This document shows, piece by piece, positions 55,916 to 64,000 of a stretch of 64,000 bases of DNA. The position numbers were made by a program, and so were the translations under genes. Under the pieces are notes generated by a model, which was not told the origin of the DNA, did not search any database, and was given only the letters and a program-made list of their open reading frames with translations. The stretch's first letter is position 1, and each line of letters begins with the position of its first letter. The stretch is from Octopus vulgaris (Eukaryota): contig OX597825.1 of assembly GCA_951406725.2 (NCBI GenBank), forward strand, positions 8,184,001 through 8,248,000, written 5' to 3'.

Positions 55916-57249
55916 ATATTTAGTAAAAGAAAGGAATTTTAAGCCTTCGAAACAATGATAGATAGTTCTAACGTCCGTTTTATATTTCCATGAAATGGAA
56001 TACTGTGTCGACCCCGCTAAATCATTGTTCATAAAAGCTTACATATCCTCAATCGTAATATTTAACTCCTACCTTCATAACCCATTAGCAGAATAATTTT
56101 GCTGAATCTCAGATCTGAATACGCCAAAGAAACCTAATTGAACGTACAAATTCTACATCAAGAGCGTCCATTATGGAACCAAACGATGTATGAGTACTGA
56201 TGAGAAGCCTAAATTCTCAACTCGAAAGAGCAATTGAAGTAGTGAATTCCCATCAGATGCTGGACATGTGATGATTAAGGTCTTTGATCATCGTTGATCA
56301 TATAGCTGTACAATAAACTAAATAAACAGGACTCATGAAAGAAAATTATCGAATAAAAGTATTTTGCTAATGCGAGCGACAAAAGGCAAGAGAGATTACC
56401 ATGCAATACAGATACTTCTCAACAGGTCAAAACCAAAGAATTTACCAAAATTGTTGTGTATACACGAATCATAACATTTAGTCATTAAATATATCAAAGT
56501 TGCCGTTCTTGTTATTGCTGTTTCGCCCCAAGTGGACTCTCATTAAGCAGCTCTATGATCAAAGGTATTCAATCTTTCAACTTTTCCGTTATTTTTATGG
56601 GTAAACAGGATTAAATTGTCCAAAGTCTCCTTTTTTTGTTATATGGGCAGATTGTGATGTGATACCGATTTGACTACTATTTCTAGTCGAGGCCTAGTCA
56701 GGGCGTCGCTAAAGGCTCGAATTATATGACATAAACCCAGATGTTTACAATGTAATTACTGGTAAAAAGGATTAAATGCATACATAATTACAATGAATAT
56801 TTCGTAAGAAATCCTTGATCAAACAATATGCAATTTTTGATTCAAAACTATTATCTAAATTAAAAACATTTCATTCTCACACAAACAGATTAAGATAAAA
56901 TAATGCCTAGTGGTAATCTTTACTAATGGAGGCGTGGGTTATTGTTGAATATGCTTCATTTCACATTCTTCCAGTCCACTCACCAGTAAAGGAGCACCAG
57001 CTGGTTGCTTCTGGCACAGCCGTTTCTCTTTTCGATTGTCGTATCCTGCATGTCCCATTTGGTCAACGTCGGGCTATATGATCGTGGTTACAACGAAAAC
57101 AGTGAGTAAAATCATGTTAGACATTACCAAATAAAAAAAGATCTGATTGTGAAAGTGTCTGTGGGATGTTCTTCAGTTCTTGACAGACTCTCCTTCATTA
57201 AACAGAGTGGGATTGTTATTTTATTGTCCTACATACGAATCTTATATAT

Positions 57250-57460
57250 TGGTTTCAAATGTTGGCGCAGGGCCACTATTTGTAGGGAATTATTAAGTCG
57301 TGAAATCGACCCCGGTGTTTAGCTGGTACATATATTGTTGACCACGGAGCGATGAAATACAAATCGAACTCAGTGGAATTTGAACACAGAACGTGAAGAG
57401 GGACGAAATGCTACTAACAGTTTTTCCTGATGCGCTAACGATTCTGCCAGCTCATCGCTT
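57250..57460 (-). mobile_element. SINE family A-related, alternative 3' tail, full length
   Basis: Minus-strand head gagctggcagaatcgttagcg, tail ...catttgaaacca. Imperfect 16-bp TSD tacgaatcttatatat (57234-57249) / tacgagcgttatatat (57461-57476). Confidence 0.85.
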
Positions 57461-58035
57461 TACGAGCGTTATATATCGATACCAAAAATACTGAAACCAA
57501 TAAAGAAACCAAAATAATGGCAGTATAGCAATGCGAATCATCAGCCTCTATGCAATATATATCATATTATTTAATGAACTAGAACATGATAATTTACTCC
57601 AACTTACTGTCCTTTGTTATCATCAATGACTCACACACATACTACCTCATTAGATCTCTTTTTCACTTTCTATACATTTCTCACGTCATTTCCCAGCCTA
57701 CGCTACTGGCAATCATCATGCCAAGTGTCATACCTCTTTCCTACGTCATACAATATAACTATAGTAATATTCTTCTTTTGAATATTACTGAATTTCTCTC
57801 GACTAAGCTTTGAATAAGATAAGAGTGCCCTCAGTTAAAGAAGCACTAATTAATACATGCTAATCTAACATCGTAATCACCGGAACCGCCAAACTATAGA
57901 AAAACAGACTGCAGCCAAGAAATGAGATAGAACATGAGGTAAAAATGAAGAATCCTCATATAAATTATAATACATGAATCTGATTTTCAACACGAAATCA
58001 TTTCACGACTGTAACAAACCATAATGTTGGTTTTT

Positions 58036-58118
58036 TATTCTTTTACTTGTTTCAATCATTTGGGTGCGGCCATGCTGGAGCATCGCTTTAAAGGGATTTT
58101 TTAGTCGAAGAAATTGAT
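58036..58118 (-). mobile_element. SINE family B 3' fragment
   Basis: tcatttg..tgcggccatgctggagcaYcgc matches 33725-33760. Confidence 0.75.
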
Positions 58119-58975
58119 ACAAATATATAGATATATACGAGAGTATGTATGCACGTATGGATGAACGAATGGATGGATGGATGGTCGGATGGATGATGGA
58201 TGTTTACATCTATGTATGTAAGTATGTATGTTGGTGTGTATATGTATATAAGTATATGTGTATATGAATCTATGTACGTAAGTATCAGCGGGCCCTTCTG
58301 TGAGTATGCTCGCAAGCTAATATGTATGTGTGTGTCACTGTGTGTATTGTACATCAGCATGTGTGTATGTGCGTAGTTGTATGAAACTAGAAATAAAGGT
58401 CTTTGAAGTCCGAAGGATTGATTTAAGAGACAAAATTTTTTTTATTGAAAAGTGAGTCACAGAAATTTATCAACAGATAAATATGAAGATGATATATTTC
58501 AGATAAAGCAATAAATATTGAATAAATAAAGATACAAAGAACAATATAGAAAGCTGGCTCCATTGATTGCAGATTGGAGTGGGATGACATGAACGAATTT
58601 ACAATATAACTAAAGTGTCATTTATGGTGGGTGGTGGGAAGATGTCATAAGCATTCAGCAATTATTCAGATTCAGCATAGTTTTCTTTTGACCCTGGGTC
58701 ATCACAATAGGAACTATAAATTTATCTCTTTTACATACACGCTCGTACACATATGGTCATATATGTGTGCATGTGAATGTGTATGTTCATACATGTATAA
58801 ATACACACATATGCACATACGAACATTTGTACGTATATTATATTCCCGTAACGACATGGGTAGCATGGACTTGTCTATGACTTGTGTCATCTTTCGTCAT
58901 AGAAAACCACGCCTTACTGACTTACAAGACTGAATGTAAGATGATTCTAATCAAGAGATTGCCTTCTGGTTCCTA

Positions 58976-59114
58976 CAGTTCTATATTTAAGAGATGAGGA
59001 ATTATGTACATTATTTACATTCGACGATATTTGTCCTCATCTTGTTTGTTGTTAACACAATGTTTCGGCTGATTTACCATCCAGCCTTCTTCAAATGTAA
59101 ATAATGTAAATAAT
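58976..59114 (-). mobile_element. Truncated copy of the hammerhead-bearing element, with inverted 5' piece
   Basis: Minus strand tgaagaaggctggatggtaaatcagccgaaacattgtgttaacaac...catctcttaaatatagaactg. Inverted aatgtaaataatgtaaataat at 59094-59114. Possible TSD YcYggttcct at 58965-58974 / 59115-59124. Confidence 0.85.
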
Positions 59115-60325
59115 CCCGGTTCCTGTTCCGCTGTGCTTGAAACACATCTTTAATCGTTATAAACTATATCTTACACTGATTGATATTTTATTATTCATAT
59201 TCCATTATATAATTATTTCGTGTCCCACGTAAATATATTCCTTCGTTTCATCGTTCCCATTACTATTCGTCTTTTACTATATTTTCAGGCTGCATATATA
59301 TTGATTTTATACGTTTCACTTTGCGATATAAAGATAAAACCACAGGATTTTCTGTTCCTGATCTTATACTAGGAGCCCAATATCATGTTTGAATTGAGTA
59401 ATGTTTTAGTAGCACGATGTTTGTATCGCAAACAATCCTGTCGCGTGATCGTTTCTAATGGCTATTCTAAGACAATAAAGGATTTGTACTGATATTGCCT
59501 ATATTGGTTGATGATAGCAGAGATATATATATAGCATACATCCTGTCGTATATCCTGTGTTGTATCCTGAATTAAACCTCCTAGAGAAATTTGATAGATT
59601 GTGCCATGAAACCTTACATCTGGTACTTCAGAGCTTTTCATCTCGATGTTCTCAGAGATATTTTCGTATCCTACAAGGGTGACAAAAAAAAAAAAGATAA
59701 ACAAATTTCGACCAGCTGAGATTTAGCCATATGAGTATGATCACATCTCTCTACTATTTTTAATGTATCTTTGTCATTTTCGAAAGCTCTATTTCCGATT
59801 TATATGACGGCCAAATCTGGATAAAAATGCAGGCGAAAGCTAAGAAAATGCTCTTTACATCTCATCATGTATACGACTCAACGCTTTATAACGAGCGGCA
59901 TCCGTAAAATAAGAGCCTGCCATCACTGACACAGACGGAAATCGCTAAGGAGCAAAAGAGAGAAAAATGAACGAGAATGTAAAAGAAAGAAAAAAATACC
60001 GAAGTTTACTCTATAAACACTGTGTAATTCTTTTCTTTGCAAACACTACCAAAAATATGGAAGCCTGACATTGAAAACAACTTCAAAATAAACGTCCTTG
60101 CTACATCTCCCGTTGAACTACACTATCAGTTCGTGCGAGAGGAATTCGATCAGACGCTTGTATTTCAGGACTTCCATAGCCTCAGCTTAAGCCTTTTCGC
60201 ATTTCCGTATGATTTCACCATCTCGGCACCGGTTACGCAACAACGAGCTCTGTATATATACAGGACAGTTTGTCATTTCCTTTCATTCGCTTACGTTGCT
60301 TGCTTTTCTGTTTTCCATTATTTTA

Positions 60326-60743
<418 letters not shown>

Positions 60744-61720
60744 TGCTATTGCTGTTTATTGCTGTTGTTATTTTCCTTTATTGACGCGTGCAACACACAT
60801 TAATTTCAACATGAACATAAATACTCCTCTGTGTAAACATAACCTTGTATGTATATTGACTTTCCAGCGTTGCTTCTTATTGCATGCTCTTGTTCGTGAA
60901 AGTTCAGCTATACACTTCAAACGCATAGGCATAACAACAGCTATTCTTTGCATTTCGCTCTAGTGACAACACTTTTCGCCCTGGTCGTGAAATGCGTATA
61001 ACCTCTATAACAATAGAGTTATGTTCAATATTTTGCTGTACAGGTCTGTACAACTTTTCACCTATTGCCTGCAAAACTATATGCACCAGGTGTTCGATGC
61101 ATTTACTATAGATTTAAACGGTGTATTTGTTTCTTTTGCCGTTTACAAACCATCAGCCATAGAATCACCTCACATACTGCCCTTTGTCCTTAAAGCGGAT
61201 TTCGCTTACATGTTTGGCCATGGATGTAATCATTCTCTCAGGACATTCAAATCTTGATGAATATTGATTTTGGCTAAAGTGACGTTGCAGCAGACATGCA
61301 TGCATATATCCAGTGAAACAGATACCCACCAGTAGTTGTGCATTCAGTAACTGTGGCCAAATTTCTGTCAACCAGATGTTGTATCTCCTATCATTGTTTC
61401 TGCCGAATGCTGCAAGTTACAAAACGACAAATCGTACTACTTTACTCTTTACCAAGTACTATACTCACTACATATACATCACGCATTCCTCGCTGCACTC
61501 TTTTCAGCTATTTACCCTTGTCCTTGTGTAGGTCTATGTTCGTGTCAAACTGAGCATAGAGAAAATATACTAAACTCAAAATATTCACCTTGACCTTTGC
61601 AGCTTGTCATAATTGTGTTACACTCACTTTTGAATAGACGTATTCCCTGTCTATTGGTGCGATTGTTTAGCATACGTTACTGTTCAGATCATATGAAAAT
61701 CACTAGGTCAAACCGTTAGT

Positions 61721-62021
61721 GGAGACACTTGGTCTAGTGGTTAGAGCAGCAGACTCGGTGTTGAGGGATCGCGGGTTCGAATCTCAGACCGGGCGATGTG
61801 TGTGTTTATGAGCGAAATAGCTAAGCTCCACGCGGCTCCGGCAGAAGGTAACGGTGAAACTTCTGCTGACTCTTTCGCCACAACGTTCTCTCACTCTTCC
61901 CTCCTGCATCTTGCAGCTCACCTGCGACGGACCGGTATCCCATCCAGGTGGGGAACCTATACGCCAAGGAAACGGGGAAACCAGCCCTTATGAGCCAGGC
62001 ATGGCTCTAGAAGGAACAAAC
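61721..62021 (+). mobile_element. tRNA-derived SINE family C, full length
   Basis: A-box tggtctagtgg and B-box gggttcgaatctc. Internal cctgcgacggaccggtatcccatccagg resembles the segment shared by V-SINE-type elements. (aaac) tail. TSD aggtcaaaccRtt at 61705-61717 and 62022-62034. Confidence 0.9.
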
Positions 62022-62689
62022 AGGTCAAACCATTGCATTTATTTCTTGATTCTTTCGTTGTTACGTAATCAATTATTTGATGAGAAACTAATGTACCTGA
62101 TCTCTGCGTCGATTCGAACATATTCACTTGGATTTACTGTAACAGTTACGGCCTAATTGTATTACGTTCAAAGTACAACCATTTCCTTTATGTCAACAGA
62201 ATACTGACATAGGCGATTACCAGTAAAGCAGCAACGGTTAGATTGTATCAATTAACGTCGAAAATCATTAACGACATGTTAGGAAAGTTTATATCATTGT
62301 TGGAACTTATATAATTTTGTCTGCTTATCATCTGCGAATATAACAACTTGCTGAATTACCAACGATATTTACATACATAGGCACACACATATACAGACAC
62401 TCAAACACGCGAACAAAAGCTGCATGATTGTTTGTTTGTGTGTGTGAGTGTGTGTGTGTGCGATGCATACATTATTATATGTATCAGTTTTGTATACATC
62501 AATGTGTATACATATATACATACTTGAATATGCATAAACACCTGTATATTGGTATATATGTTAAATAAATATGTGTATCAATAATTACATATACATATAA
62601 ATATAAAAATATATATATATATATATATGTATAAATATAAATAAATGAATATATGAATATATATATATATACATACAGACAGACATACA

Positions 62690-62740
<51 letters not shown>

Positions 62741-64000
62741 GAAAATGGGACAAGAACGCAAAACATCCGGACAGCATGTCATACAAAAAGGGACAACAAA
62801 ACATCCAGATAGGCGATACAAATAAAACAAGGACGGAGCATTCGAAGCCCTCTATCCTCAGTCAAGCACCAGATTACCCTCGCAGTTTCGATACTCGTAT
62901 GTATACAGTCATACATATATACAAATATGTAAATATATACTCGTCTGCATAGAGACATACATATACATGCATATATATATATATATGTATATATGTTTGT
63001 ATACTTAGGGATATTTATGTATATGTATACAACTGGAGATATATGTATGGATGTTAATATGTGTTTTTGTGTGTGTGTGTATGTGCGTGTATGTGACTAA
63101 ATAAGGGCACACGATACCAACTGTAAAAAATGAATAACATGAGTTCAAATCAAAGGATTCACAAAGGTCATCGTTTTACAAGAACTCAACAACTCTTTTG
63201 ACAACTCCTAAAAATATTCAATTTCTTTATTCCTGATACACCTATCTCTTCTTACTTCCATTTTCAACTACTTTTTGTCTTCTTACCTTCAACTTCTTTT
63301 TTTTTTTCCTTTTTTCTTTATTTCTTCTTCCTTCTTTTTCACACATGCTCTTGTATTTACTTTTTCTATTCCTTTATGTTTTTTTTATATTACTTTTGTA
63401 TATCAGTTTTTATACTCGTTATTTTTTATTATTTTCTATCTTTTATCTTCTATTTTTATTTTTCATTTGTATACTTGTAAAAAAGAAGTATTTTGCTATA
63501 TAAACAACCTTCTAAACCACAGAATTTCAGTTTGAAAACAGCCATCGAAAAGCTCGAAACTCATTATAGTAACTGTAAACATTATCATTAAAGTATAAAT
63601 TATCCCCTCAAAACCCATCTCTACTAAGTTTTCAAATGTATATATATATATATATATATATACACTCACTGAGACGTATATGTATATTGAAACTGTCAAA
63701 AAAATATTTGCTGTTATATTTAATACAACAAATAGAACAAATGATGATATGAAGATATTTTATAAGACTTTATTGATGCAATATTTATGTAATTGTACGG
63801 TTTCACTTTCTTGGAAAGATACTCAAGATTATGCAATCTATGATCGTATAATTTTTACATCTGACGGATTTTGGAAATGCTCTAATCCCATTATAGAAGT
63901 CGATGAAAACAAGAGAGATGATTATTTCTGTTATTGACGCTGACAGGAGATGTAATGTGAGGAGTGTCATATTTTTTTGTTAGTCATAATGGTAATAAAT

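Noticed and set aside
61721-61795. Possible tRNA gene
   Set aside because: No acceptor stem closure; it continues into a SINE body bounded by a TSD.
63858-63896. HLTDFGNA kinase-like DFG motif
   Set aside because: In-frame stops lie immediately upstream and downstream, with no splice sites.

Overview
AT-rich eukaryotic intergenic or intronic DNA, dense in microsatellites and decayed transposable elements. The style of the SINEs and simple repeats suggests a coleoid cephalopod such as Octopus (inference, not verified by search). I find no convincing host protein-coding exon: nearly all ORF-track entries are translations of (TA)n, (CTAT)n, (TACA)n or (TAA)n repeats, or are TE fragments. Recognisable content includes several tRNA-derived SINE families (some with clear target-site duplications) and non-LTR remnants (RTE, CR1/Jockey-like, Tx1-like, CRE-like, and an R4/Dong-type restriction-like endonuclease domain beside a (TAA)n array). 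There are also Gypsy remnants, Tc1/mariner remnants (DD41D-like, DD37D/maT-like, mariner), a 704-bp foldback element and a 202-bp Tc1-type MITE. The most notable item is a non-autonomous element at 53341-53944 that combines a tRNA-like Pol III head, an (AAT)n body and a minimal type I hammerhead ribozyme motif. It is inserted with a Penelope-style inverted 5' segment and one 13-bp target-site duplication (TSD). Two further partial copies lie at about 32.2 kb and 59.0 kb.
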